In this document: positions 36,225-45,091 of the stretch, in pieces
Layout of the letters: every line of letters starts with the position of its first letter
How positions within the stretch are numbered: the first letter of the stretch is position 1
Assembly (NCBI GenBank): GCA_014859265.1
Contig: JACUUN010000002.1
Span: 472 to 64,471, forward strand
Source of the DNA: Coriobacteriia bacterium
Lineage (GTDB): Bacteria; Actinomycetota; Coriobacteriia; Anaerosomatales; SLCP01
DNA: 64,000 bases
Direction of reading: 5' to 3'
The notes under the pieces: model-generated
The model's database searches: none
What the model was told of the DNA's origin: nothing
Seen by the model: the letters and a program-made list of their open reading frames with translations, nothing else
Program-made: the position numbers and the translations under genes

Positions 36225-36799
36225 CCCGCGCGTACGCGGGCGAGGAAGTCGTCGACCGCATCATCATCTCCGAGGAGGCCATCGCGCAGCGTGTGGCTGA
36301 GATCGGGAAGTCGATAACGCAGGAGCACGCGGGCCGTGACGTTCGCCTCGTCACCGTCCTGAGGGGCGGCCTTTTCTTTCTCTGTGACCTGTGCCGTCAC
36401 ATCGATCTGTCCCTGACAATCGACTTCATGGCGATATCATCGTACGTCGGTGGGACCGGGGGCTCCGTCCGTATCACCAAGGACCTTGACGATGCTATCG
36501 AGGGAGCCAGGGTGATAGTGGTGGAAGACATCATCGACACGGGGCTGACCCTGAACTATATCCTCTCAGTACTGCGGCAACGGAAGCCTGCCTCGCTCGA
36601 GGTGTGCGCGTTGCTCGACAAGGACGTCAGACGAATCGTCGACCTGCCGATCGCCTACCGCGGCTTCTCGGTACCCGATCGGTTCCTGGTCGGGTACGGG
36701 CTCGACCTTGACGCGCGCCTGAGGAACCTGCCCTATGTCGCCACCGTGCGCGAGGACGTGGCTGCGCTCGGATGCCCGCTGGTCGAGCCGGTGGCATAG
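36221..36799 (+). CDS. hpt: hypoxanthine phosphoribosyltransferase
   Basis: PRPP-binding motif VIVVEDIIDTGLTL. ATG 36221 overlaps the upstream stop. Confidence 0.9.
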   Translation: MTRAYAGEEVVDRIIISEEAIAQRVAEIGKSITQEHAGRDVRLVTVLRGGLFFLCDLCRHIDLSLTIDFMAISSYVGGTGGSVRITKDLDDAIEGARVIVVEDIIDTGLTLNYILSVLRQRKPASLEVCALLDKDVRRIVDLPIAYRGFSVPDRFLVGYGLDLDARLRNLPYVATVREDVAALGCPLVEPVA

Positions 36800-36840
36800 T
36801 CGTATCCTGTCCACGGATCAACCCCGAGCCTGGAGGCACG

Positions 36841-37356
36841 ATGAATCTGGAGAGTTACATCCGCGACATCCCCGACTTCCCCAAAGAGGGGATCGTGTTC
36901 AAGGACATCACCCCGCTGCTGGCGAGCCCGGATGGCTTCCGGCAGGCGATTGACACCATCGCCGATGAGTTTGCGGATGACGGCATCACGAAGGTGCTCG
37001 GCGCCGAAGCGCGTGGGTTCATCTTCGGCGGTGCGCTTGCGTACAAGCTGGGTGCCGGCTTTGTTCCCGCCCGCAAACCCGGCAAGCTGCCGTGGGACAC
37101 GACCAAGGCCGAGTACGCGCTAGAGTACGGCACGGACGTCCTCGAGATGCACTTGGATGCGATAGGCGAGAGTGACGTCGTGCTAATCGTCGACGATGTG
37201 CTCGCGACCGGCGGGACCGCCGCCGCCAAGGCCGAGCTCGCAGCGAGCACGGGTGCGACCGTCGCGGGGCTCGCGTTCCTCATCGAACTAGATTTCCTCG
37301 GCGGGCGCCAGAAGCTGGGCGGGGCGAAGATCGTCTCGCTCATCCACGTCACATAG
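36841..37356 (+). CDS. apt: adenine phosphoribosyltransferase
   Basis: Start trimmed to ATG 36841. IPDFPKEGIVFKDITPLL, VLIVDDVLATGGTA. Confidence 0.92.
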   Translation: MNLESYIRDIPDFPKEGIVFKDITPLLASPDGFRQAIDTIADEFADDGITKVLGAEARGFIFGGALAYKLGAGFVPARKPGKLPWDTTKAEYALEYGTDVLEMHLDAIGESDVVLIVDDVLATGGTAAAKAELAASTGATVAGLAFLIELDFLGGRQKLGGAKIVSLIHVT

Positions 37357-37375
37357 GCGTGAGGGGGGACCGGTC

Positions 37376-38437
37376 CTAGTCGGTGAGGGCCTCCACGAAC
37401 TCGACCTCCACGGTCGCTAGGCCCGAGAAGCCGAGTGCCTGCGCTGCTGCACGCGACAGGTCCAGGTCGCGCCCTGCAATGAAGGGCCCGCGGTCGGTCA
37501 CGACGACGACGATTCTGCGCTCCCCCCGGGTCAGCGCGAGACGCGTTCCGAACGGTAGGGTGCGTGAGGCACACGTGAAGTCGTTCTGGTTGTAGACCTG
37601 GCCGCAGGCTGTCAGACGTCCGTGAAACTCGTTTCCGTACCACGAGCAGACTGCTGTGCCGGTCTGACCGAGGCTTCGGTAGCGGCGGGGGTGGTATTCG
37701 GAGGCCAGATACGCAACCCCGAGGTATGGCTCCACAACTGCGAGCACCTGCTTGACGTCGTCATCAAGTGGGACGGAAGTGTCGCGCCACTCCTGGCGTG
37801 TCCGGGCGATGACTGCACGCTTGGCAGCGAGCTCCCGCAGCGACTCCTCGGTGAGGCGTGCCACAAGCGTGCGCTGCTCGTTCAGTGCCGCGTCGAGCTC
37901 CTGCAGCGCGATGCGTTGGAGCTGCCGCAATGCGACATCTTGTGCCTTGAGGTCGTCCAGGTAGGCGGCCTGGAACTCCGCTTCGGCCGCTGCGACAGTA
38001 GCGTCGAGATACGCTCGGCGATCGCGCTGCGCAATCCGGGTCAGCATGAGAATCCGCGAGTAGAAGTCGGACATGCTCTCCGAGGTCAGGAGAACGCTGA
38101 AGGGGTCAGCAATTCGTGACTTGTACATGCCGACCATACGTGTCCGGTACGCTTCCTGGGCCATGAGAAGCGCGCGGCGTGCTTCTGCGAGAACCTCCTG
38201 CTGGGCGACGATGCGCAGGTTGGTGACGGCGATGCGCTCCTCGATCGCGATGCGCTCGCCGCGGCTATCTTCGATGAGCTGTTCGAGTTCGAGGGCGCGG
38301 CGGGTCGCCTCGTCAAGGGTCGGCCCCGGTGCGTTGGCAGCACCGGATGACGGGGTCGCCAGTGCGATGGCAGGCGCGAGGGACGCGCTGAGCAAGCACG
38401 CACTGAGCACTGCTGCGACTACCCTGGTCCGTCTCAT
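37376..38437 (-). CDS. secreted coiled-coil protein with C-terminal RlpA-like double-psi beta-barrel domain
   Basis: Start trimmed to ATG 38437, giving signal peptide MRRTRVVAAVLSACLLSASLAPAIALA. Long coiled coil. SWYGNEFHGRLTACG, FGTRLALT, VVVTDRGPF. Confidence 0.8.
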   Translation of the reverse strand: MRRTRVVAAVLSACLLSASLAPAIALATPSSGAANAPGPTLDEATRRALELEQLIEDSRGERIAIEERIAVTNLRIVAQQEVLAEARRALLMAQEAYRTRMVGMYKSRIADPFSVLLTSESMSDFYSRILMLTRIAQRDRRAYLDATVAAAEAEFQAAYLDDLKAQDVALRQLQRIALQELDAALNEQRTLVARLTEESLRELAAKRAVIARTRQEWRDTSVPLDDDVKQVLAVVEPYLGVAYLASEYHPRRYRSLGQTGTAVCSWYGNEFHGRLTACGQVYNQNDFTCASRTLPFGTRLALTRGERRIVVVVTDRGPFIAGRDLDLSRAAAQALGFSGLATVEVEFVEALTD

Positions 38438-38581
38438 GCTGCGGCCCTTCGCTACGACAGCGCCGCGGAACGCCGCTACGCTGCTGGAATATGGTAACAT
38501 GTAGGTGATGTCGGCTAGTGCCGCGGACTTCTGAAGTCCCGGTGTGACCTCGATCGCAGAACAGATGTAGCAGGAGGTCCC

Positions 38582-39775
38582 GTGCGGAGTACTGCCGCCA
38601 CAAGGGCCGTCGAAGCCGTTTTCGCAGGCATCCTCGCCATCGCGCTGCTCGCAGGTGGTGTTCATGTCGTGCCCGCGGCTCCTTCCACTCCCGAGATCGA
38701 GGCCAAACGCCAGGAGGTGGATTCTGCGCGTGCGCAGATGGAGGATCTTGCCGACCGGGCGGAACTCAGGCGCGAGGAACTCCTACAGGTCATCGACTCA
38801 CTGGAGCGCATCCGCGCCGAGATTTCCGATACACGCGATGATTTAGCGAGTGCCCTCAGCGATTTGCGCGCGGCTGAGAACGCCCTCGCACTCCGGGCTG
38901 TCGGCATGTACCGTTCGGGAGGAGTGCAGCTGCTCGAGGTTCTACTCGGCACGACGTCGTTCGAGGACTTCCTGACCCGCATGGAGTGGCTGAGACGCGT
39001 AAGTCGCAATGACGCGGTCCTCGTGCTCGACGTCAAGGACGCTGTATCCGCCGTGGAGGCGGCCGAGCGCACTCTCGAGCGCCGCGAGACAGAACTGGTC
39101 GCATTGAAACGCCAGGCTGAAATCAAAGCCCACGAGGTGGAAGACGCGCTTGCCCAACAGGAGCGCTATGTTGCGAACCTCGATCGCGAGGTGGCCCGCC
39201 TGGTGGCAGCCGAGGAAGATCGACTGCGCCGCGAAGCGGAGGAGCGGGCTCGACGGGCTGCCGAGGAAGCCGCGCGCCGGGCCGCTGCCGAAGCGGCGGC
39301 GCGCGCGGCGAGGGTATCGACCGGGGCGGCTCCGGTACCCGGGAGGACGGCCCAGCCCAATGGCAGGGTGTTCGACCCGTCGCGCCTCGGGCCGGGTCAC
39401 CCCGAGGTGGTCGTGGTCGGCATGACCTACCTCGGTGTCCCGTATGTGTGGGGCGGGTCGACACCCGAAGGCTTCGACTGTTCCGGGCTCACCTGGTATG
39501 TGTACCGGCAGATTGGGATCTCGATTCCCAGAAGCAGCCGCATGCAGTTCACGGTCGGGGCATACATTCCGCCGGACAGAACCGATCTCCTGCTCCCCGG
39601 TGACCTCGTATTCTTCGCGTATGAAGGTAATCCGGACCGCATTCATCACGTTGGAATATACGTTGGTGGCGAGGACTACCTTCACGCACCGAGCACCGGG
39701 CGACCGGTGCAGGTCGAGTCACTCACATCCCGGATAGCACGGCGGGGCGACTACGTCGGCGCTACCAGGCCCTAG
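38582..39775 (+). CDS. secreted coiled-coil NlpC/P60 peptidoglycan endopeptidase
   Basis: N-terminal signal/anchor and coiled coil. C-terminal GVPYVWGGSTPEGFDCSGL...HHVGIY (Cys/His catalytic residues). Confidence 0.88.
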   Translation: MRSTAATRAVEAVFAGILAIALLAGGVHVVPAAPSTPEIEAKRQEVDSARAQMEDLADRAELRREELLQVIDSLERIRAEISDTRDDLASALSDLRAAENALALRAVGMYRSGGVQLLEVLLGTTSFEDFLTRMEWLRRVSRNDAVLVLDVKDAVSAVEAAERTLERRETELVALKRQAEIKAHEVEDALAQQERYVANLDREVARLVAAEEDRLRREAEERARRAAEEAARRAAAEAAARAARVSTGAAPVPGRTAQPNGRVFDPSRLGPGHPEVVVVGMTYLGVPYVWGGSTPEGFDCSGLTWYVYRQIGISIPRSSRMQFTVGAYIPPDRTDLLLPGDLVFFAYEGNPDRIHHVGIYVGGEDYLHAPSTGRPVQVESLTSRIARRGDYVGATRP

Positions 39776-39821
39776 AGCACGAGAAACACACCGGTCACGG
39801 AGACGCTAACCCGCTGGTCTG

Positions 39822-39830
39822 TGGTATTAT
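39822..39830 (+). promoter_or_regulatory. extended -10 element (TGnTATTAT) upstream of iorA
   Basis: TGGTATTAT at 39822-39830, ~53 nt upstream of GTG 39883. No convincing -35 seen. Confidence 0.35.
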
Positions 39831-39882
39831 CCGTCCAATCTCTGAACGGCTCGCCACACCCTCTCCACCGGGAAGGAGTCCC

Positions 39883-41637
39883 GTGGTCCCGATGCTTCTG
39901 TCAGGCAACGAAGCCGTTGCGCGCGGCGCGTGGGCGGCCGGTGCCCTGGTGGGCGTTGGCTATCCCGGGACACCATCGACCCAGGCGCTTGAGGTCTTCG
40001 CACAGATGGACGGTGTCTATGCAGAGTGGGCACCGAATGAGAAGGTGGCGCTCGAGGTCGCCGCAGGTGCATCGATGGGTGGAGCCCGCTCGCTCGTCAC
40101 GATGAAACACGTCGGTATGAACGTCGCCGCCGATCCGCTGTTCACTCTCGCCTATACGGGAGTGGGGGCGGGTCTTGTAATCTTCGTAGCCGACGATCCG
40201 GGTATGCACTCGTCCCAGAACGAGCAGGATTCGCGCAATTGGGGGCCGTTTGCGCGTGTACCCGTGCTAGAACCCTCCGACAGCTCGGAGGCACTGGAGT
40301 TCACGAGGGCCGGATTCGACCTCTCGGAGCGCTTCGATATCCCGGTAATCGTCCGGTCCACCACGCGTATCTCTCATTCGAAGGGTGTTGTCGAGCTCAC
40401 GCGGGACCAGGCGCGAAAGCCAGTGGGAGCGTACGTGAAGGATATCGGCAAGTGGGTCATGATGCCGGCGATGGCTCGCGTGCGTAGGGCGTCGCTCGAT
40501 GAGCGGGTCCGCCAGATGGCCTCTTATGCCGAGGAGTCGCCGCTCAACCGCATCGAGCTCAGGGACCGCTCCCTCGGTATCGTGACCTCGGGTGTGTGCT
40601 ACCAGTACGTGCGTGAAGCGCTTCCGGGTGCCTCCGTCTTCAAGATGGGCCTCTCGTTTCCGCTACCCGCCGGGGCACTGGCCGAGTTCGAGCGCAGCGT
40701 CGAGCGCCTGGTCGTTGTCGAGGAGGCGGACAACTACCTGGAATCGAGCCTGAGAGCGCTTGGTCTGAGTCCCGAGCCCATCGGTTTGCCGGAGGCAGGA
40801 GAGCTCTCGCCGGGCCTCGTTGCCCGTGCGCTCGGAGGCGATCCGCCAAAGACACGTGACGCCGTCCCAGGCTTGCCGCCGCGTCCACCGCTCATGTGCC
40901 CCGGGTGTCCGCATCGCGGCGCATATGACGCGTTGCGCAAGGTCAAGGCCATCGTCATGGGCGACATCGGATGCTACACGCTCGGGGCGCTCGCACCGCT
41001 GTCCTCGATGGACTCCTGCGTATGCATGGGCGCGAGCGTGGGTATGGCGCACGGGATGCGCCTTGCTGGGCAGGGGAGCGAGCGGCCAGTGGTCGCCGTG
41101 ATAGGCGACTCGACGTTCACCCACTCCGGCGTCACCGGTCTGATGGATCTCGCGTACAATGGCAGTGATGCACTTGTGTGCATATTAGACAACCGGATAA
41201 CCGCGATGACCGGGCACCAGCAGAACCCCGTGAGCGGCATGACGCTGCAGGGGCGTCCGACCACCGAGGTCGACCTGGAGGCCCTCTGCAGGTCGGTCGG
41301 TGTCAAGCGTGTCCGCACGGTCGACCCTCACGACCTTGCCGCGGCCGAAAAGGCGGTTCGCGAGGAGGTCGCCTCCGACGCGCTCAGTGTGATCATCTTC
41401 CGGGCGCCGTGTGCCCTGCTCATCAAGGAGATGGACCAGCCCTACGCCGTGGACGAGGACCTCTGCACCGCGTGCAGGCTGTGCATCCGTCTCGGCTGTC
41501 CCGCTATCAGCAAGGGCGAGGGTGGCAAAGCGCACATTGACGTGATGCTCTGCGTGGGGTGCGCAGATTGCGTGCAGGTGTGCAAGTTCTCGGCCATCGA
41601 ACTGACCGGGCCGGCGTGCGACATCGGAGGCGTGTGA
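39883..41637 (+). CDS. iorA: indolepyruvate:ferredoxin oxidoreductase alpha subunit
   Basis: MCPGCPHRG, GDSTFTHSG, two ferredoxin-type clusters CTACRLCIRLGCPA and CVGCADCVQVC. RBS GGAAGGAG. Confidence 0.9.
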   Translation: MVPMLLSGNEAVARGAWAAGALVGVGYPGTPSTQALEVFAQMDGVYAEWAPNEKVALEVAAGASMGGARSLVTMKHVGMNVAADPLFTLAYTGVGAGLVIFVADDPGMHSSQNEQDSRNWGPFARVPVLEPSDSSEALEFTRAGFDLSERFDIPVIVRSTTRISHSKGVVELTRDQARKPVGAYVKDIGKWVMMPAMARVRRASLDERVRQMASYAEESPLNRIELRDRSLGIVTSGVCYQYVREALPGASVFKMGLSFPLPAGALAEFERSVERLVVVEEADNYLESSLRALGLSPEPIGLPEAGELSPGLVARALGGDPPKTRDAVPGLPPRPPLMCPGCPHRGAYDALRKVKAIVMGDIGCYTLGALAPLSSMDSCVCMGASVGMAHGMRLAGQGSERPVVAVIGDSTFTHSGVTGLMDLAYNGSDALVCILDNRITAMTGHQQNPVSGMTLQGRPTTEVDLEALCRSVGVKRVRTVDPHDLAAAEKAVREEVASDALSVIIFRAPCALLIKEMDQPYAVDEDLCTACRLCIRLGCPAISKGEGGKAHIDVMLCVGCADCVQVCKFSAIELTGPACDIGGV

Positions 41638-42236
41638 TGACGGGCCCGACGGTCACGGTGATGCTCGCGGGTGTCGGCGGCCAGGGAACGATCCTGGCGG
41701 CGGACGTCCTGGCCAGGACCGCGGTGGCGGCTGGTCTCGATGTGAAGTTATCCGAGGTTCACGGTATGGCACAGCGCGGTGGTTCGGTAGACACGGTCGT
41801 GCGATTTGGCGAGAGCGTCGCCTCGCCCATAACCGATCCGGGATTCGCGGACCACCTCGTGGCGTTCGAGATGATCGAGGCCGCGCGACAGCTTCCCTTC
41901 GTGAAGCCTGGAGGACGTCTTCTTGTGAACTCGCGGGTAATCGACCCGCTGCCCGTACTGATTGGCGACCTCGAGCCTCCCACGGGCGTCGAAGACGTCC
42001 TGGTAGCCGAGGGTGCCATCTTCATCGACGCCGAGGAGCTTGCGTGTGAGGCGGGAAGTCCGAAGTCAGCAAACATCGTGCTGCTCGGCGCGCTCTCGAC
42101 AGGACTCGAGTTCCCACTGGAGCTGTGGATCGAGGTCATCGCAGGTCGAGTCCCGCAGGGCACTGTCGAGTTCAACCTGCGTGCCTTCGAACTCGGCAGG
42201 GACGCGTGCGGAGAGGGAGGAGCGTGTCTCGTATGA
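41637..42236 (+). CDS. iorB: indolepyruvate:ferredoxin oxidoreductase beta subunit
   Basis: Start trimmed to ATG 41637, overlapping the iorA stop. LAGVGGQGTILAADVLA...HGMAQRGGSV. Confidence 0.88.
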   Translation: MTGPTVTVMLAGVGGQGTILAADVLARTAVAAGLDVKLSEVHGMAQRGGSVDTVVRFGESVASPITDPGFADHLVAFEMIEAARQLPFVKPGGRLLVNSRVIDPLPVLIGDLEPPTGVEDVLVAEGAIFIDAEELACEAGSPKSANIVLLGALSTGLEFPLELWIEVIAGRVPQGTVEFNLRAFELGRDACGEGGACLV

Positions 42237-42649
42237 AGGTGCACCAGCTGTCAGTCTTCATCGCCAACCAAGCCGGTCGGGTAAGCGAGGTAACCGATCT
42301 GCTCGGCTCTGCCGGTGTGAACATCAGGGGCTTCGCGGTCTCGGATACCGCCGAATACGGCATCTTGCGGCTCATCGTCGACAAGCCGGACGAAGCAAAG
42401 GACGTGCTCAAGCATGGTGGCTTCACGGTCAAGGAGAGCGATGTCATCTGCATCGATCTGCCGGATCAGCCGGGCGGCCTCGCCTCGGTACTCAAGATCG
42501 TTGCGGCGGCTGGAGTCAACATCGAGTACGTGTACTCGTTGATCGCTACCTACGTGGTGATCAATGTGGGCGATGCGGATCGTGCGCTGCGCCTTCTTGA
42601 GGGTCAACCCGTGCGGCTCGTGTCTCAAGAGGAGATCTCGAGCATCTAG
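42233..42649 (+). CDS. tandem ACT-domain protein
   Basis: Start trimmed to ATG 42233, overlapping the iorB stop. QLSVFIANQAGRVSEVTDLLGSAGVNIRGF plus DLPDQPGGLASVLKIVAAAGVNIEY. Paralog of 26707..27153. Confidence 0.75.
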   Translation: MKVHQLSVFIANQAGRVSEVTDLLGSAGVNIRGFAVSDTAEYGILRLIVDKPDEAKDVLKHGGFTVKESDVICIDLPDQPGGLASVLKIVAAAGVNIEYVYSLIATYVVINVGDADRALRLLEGQPVRLVSQEEISSI

Positions 42650-42680
42650 CGCACGGTGGGAGTAAGGGAGGCAGGGAGTT

Positions 42681-43874
42681 ATGGCAACGACGAGATGGCG
42701 CTTCGGGTTGGTCGTGACGTTGGTCGCGGCGATGGCCATCGTGTCGCTCTCGGCATGTGCTGCCGACGACGACTCGGGAGACGATGGCGCCGCATCAGCG
42801 GAGCCCTACCGCATCGGGGCGGTACTGTCGCTGAGCGGCACGTACGCGGGATTGGGTGAGCCGGAGAAGAACACGATCGAGATGGAGGTAGAGCGGATCA
42901 ACGAGGCGGGGGGCGTAAACGGGCGCTCCATCGTGGTCCTCATCGAGGATGACGCCACTGATGCCGAGACGGCGGTGGCAGTCACAACGAGGCTGATCGA
43001 GCAGGACGAGGTCATCGCGCTCATCGGAGCCACCGGGACCGGCGGGACGATGGCGATGCGTCAGGAGGTCGACCGCGCGGGTATTCCGCAGGTCTCCATC
43101 GCAGGGGGCACGGTCATCACTGCCGACTTCGACCCGCTCGTGTTCCAGACGCCGTGGTCGAACAGCCTGGTAGTCCCGTTCACGTTTCGCTACCTGGAGG
43201 AGCAGGGGATTAGCAAGATCGCGGTCATCGCCGATTCCGGAGGGTTCGGTGCTGACGGTGTCGCAGTCATCAAGGACCAGATCACCGGAACCTCGCTCGA
43301 ACTGGTCGCCGAGGAGTCATTCAACCCCGGGGACACCGACATGACCGCGCAGCTCACGAAGATCAAGGGCTCCGGTGCCGAGGCGGTCTTGCTGTGGAAT
43401 GCAGGCCGTGAGGCCGCGACCGTGGCGAAAAACATGGCTACCCTCGACCTCGGTGTGCCGCTCATCGGCAGTCACGGCAACGCGCGGGTCGAGTTCATCG
43501 AGGGTGCGGCGGATGCGGCGGAAGACTTCGTGTTCGCGGCCGGTAAGGTCCTGATTCCCGAGGCCTATGGTACGGACAGCGAGGAGTACGAGGTAGCGAC
43601 CGACTTCATCGAGCGCTACACGGAGCGTTTCGGCAAGGCCCCTGACACCTTTGCGGGGCACGCGTACGATGCGCTCTACATCATCGTGGAGGCGATGAAG
43701 CGCCTCGACGAGGGTTTCACCGCGGAGGAGTTGCGCGATGAGATCGAGAAGACGAGCGGCTTCGTCGGCATCGGCGGAGTGTTCACCTTTAGCCCGACGG
43801 ACCATAACGGCCTCAGCGATGACGATCTGGTGATGTACCGGGTGTCCGACGGGGGCTGGGTGCTGGAGGAGTAG
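42681..43874 (+). CDS. Liv-type (branched-chain amino acid family) ABC substrate-binding lipoprotein
   Basis: Lipobox LSAC, then YRIGAVLSLSGTYAGLGEPEKNTIEMEVERINEAGGVNG typical of the LivK/LivJ family. Confidence 0.85.
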   Translation: MATTRWRFGLVVTLVAAMAIVSLSACAADDDSGDDGAASAEPYRIGAVLSLSGTYAGLGEPEKNTIEMEVERINEAGGVNGRSIVVLIEDDATDAETAVAVTTRLIEQDEVIALIGATGTGGTMAMRQEVDRAGIPQVSIAGGTVITADFDPLVFQTPWSNSLVVPFTFRYLEEQGISKIAVIADSGGFGADGVAVIKDQITGTSLELVAEESFNPGDTDMTAQLTKIKGSGAEAVLLWNAGREAATVAKNMATLDLGVPLIGSHGNARVEFIEGAADAAEDFVFAAGKVLIPEAYGTDSEEYEVATDFIERYTERFGKAPDTFAGHAYDALYIIVEAMKRLDEGFTAEELRDEIEKTSGFVGIGGVFTFSPTDHNGLSDDDLVMYRVSDGGWVLEE

Positions 43875-43908
43875 CCGGCAACGACAGATTGACTCGGGAG
43901 TGTGAGGT

Positions 43909-44202
43909 ATGAGGAGAACAGTGGTCGGTGTGCTTCTGATCATCGTCCTTTCCGTCATATGGCTGGGCGGTTGTGCAGCGGAGACGGATACCGAAGCCCC
44001 CGAGGCGTATCGAATCGGAGCGGTGCTCTCGCTCTCCGGGCCCCAGGCTGGGCTCGGAGAGCCTGAGCACCGAGCGATTGAGCTCGAAGTAGAGCGGATC
44101 AACGATGCGGGCGGAGTGCACGTGCGTCCCATTGAGACCCTTTGCGAGGATGACGCGATCGACGAAGCCAAAGCGGTAACTGCGGCCGGGGAGGCCCGGT
44201 AG
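43909..44202 (+). pseudogene. truncated duplicate of the Liv-type substrate-binding protein (N-terminal 97 codons only)
   Basis: Signal/lipobox LGGC, then YRIGAVLSLSGPQAGLGEPEHRAIELEVERINDAGGV aligns by eye with residues ~40-110 of 42681..43874. Stops at TAG 44200, 5 nt before livH. Confidence 0.6.
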
Positions 44203-44206
44203 ACCT

Positions 44207-45088
44207 GTGGGCGCGACCGAACTGCTGCAGTTCGCTCTGGCGGGCCTGAAGAACGGCTCGATATACGCGCTCGTCGCTCTCGGTTTCACACTCGTTTACG
44301 CTGCGACCGGGGTCATCAACTTTGCCCAGGGTGAGTTCTACATGCTCGGCGGGATGCTCTCTGTGTGGGCATATGCTGGCCTCGGCCTGCCCCTGCCTCT
44401 CGCGGGTCTGGTCGGGGTCGTCTCCACCGCGGCCATCGGTGTGATCTTCGAGTTGCTCGCGATCCGTCAACGCAAGGATGGTGACCCACTCGCCCTCATC
44501 ATCATCACGGTCGGTGGATCTATGGTGCTCTCGTCCATGGCGCGGCACCTGTTCGGGCCGAACGAGCGTCCGCTGCCGCTCTTCTCCGGCGGAGGGAGTG
44601 TCTCGGTGTTCGGCGCGGTCCTAGAGGTCCAGACCATCTGGATCATTGGAATGACTGCGATTGCGGTGGCGTGCCTCTGGTATCTCTACAACCGGACCGG
44701 TCTCGGGCGCGCCATGAGGGCGTGCGCCGTGAACCGGGATGCCGCCCGCATCGTTGGCATCGACACACGGCTCATGGTGACCGTGAGTTTCCTGCTCGCG
44801 GCAGGGCTCGGCGCTCTGGCCGGTCTTGCCGTGACGCCCCTTACGCAGACTGCGTTCGATGTGGGACCGACCGTTGGAATCAAGGGGTTTGCGGCTGCGA
44901 TCCTCGGCGGTCTGGGTAACCCGATTGCCGCCGTAGTCGGGGGTCTCGTGCTTGGAATGCTAGAAAGCGTATCGATTGCGTTCATCTCCTCCACCTACAA
45001 GGACGCCATCGCACTTGTCGTGCTGCTTGCGGTGCTGTTCGTTAGGCCGCAGGGGCTCCTCGGCCGTTCGCGACGGGAGAAGGTCTAG
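44207..45088 (+). CDS. livH: branched-chain amino acid-type ABC permease
   Basis: LLQFALAGLKNGSIYALVALGFTLVY...INFAQGEF, a typical LivH N-terminus. 293 aa, polytopic. Confidence 0.88.
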   Translation: MGATELLQFALAGLKNGSIYALVALGFTLVYAATGVINFAQGEFYMLGGMLSVWAYAGLGLPLPLAGLVGVVSTAAIGVIFELLAIRQRKDGDPLALIIITVGGSMVLSSMARHLFGPNERPLPLFSGGGSVSVFGAVLEVQTIWIIGMTAIAVACLWYLYNRTGLGRAMRACAVNRDAARIVGIDTRLMVTVSFLLAAGLGALAGLAVTPLTQTAFDVGPTVGIKGFAAAILGGLGNPIAAVVGGLVLGMLESVSIAFISSTYKDAIALVVLLAVLFVRPQGLLGRSRREKV

Positions 45089-45091
45089 CTG

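Noticed and set aside
38438-38581. Possible ydaO-type (c-di-AMP) riboswitch in the divergent region between the two cell-wall hydrolase genes.
   Set aside because: On neither strand did I find the conserved ACGGGG / CCCGAA-type core elements. The region only shows a short 5-bp hairpin (GGACT-tctga-AGTCC) and -10-like hexamers.
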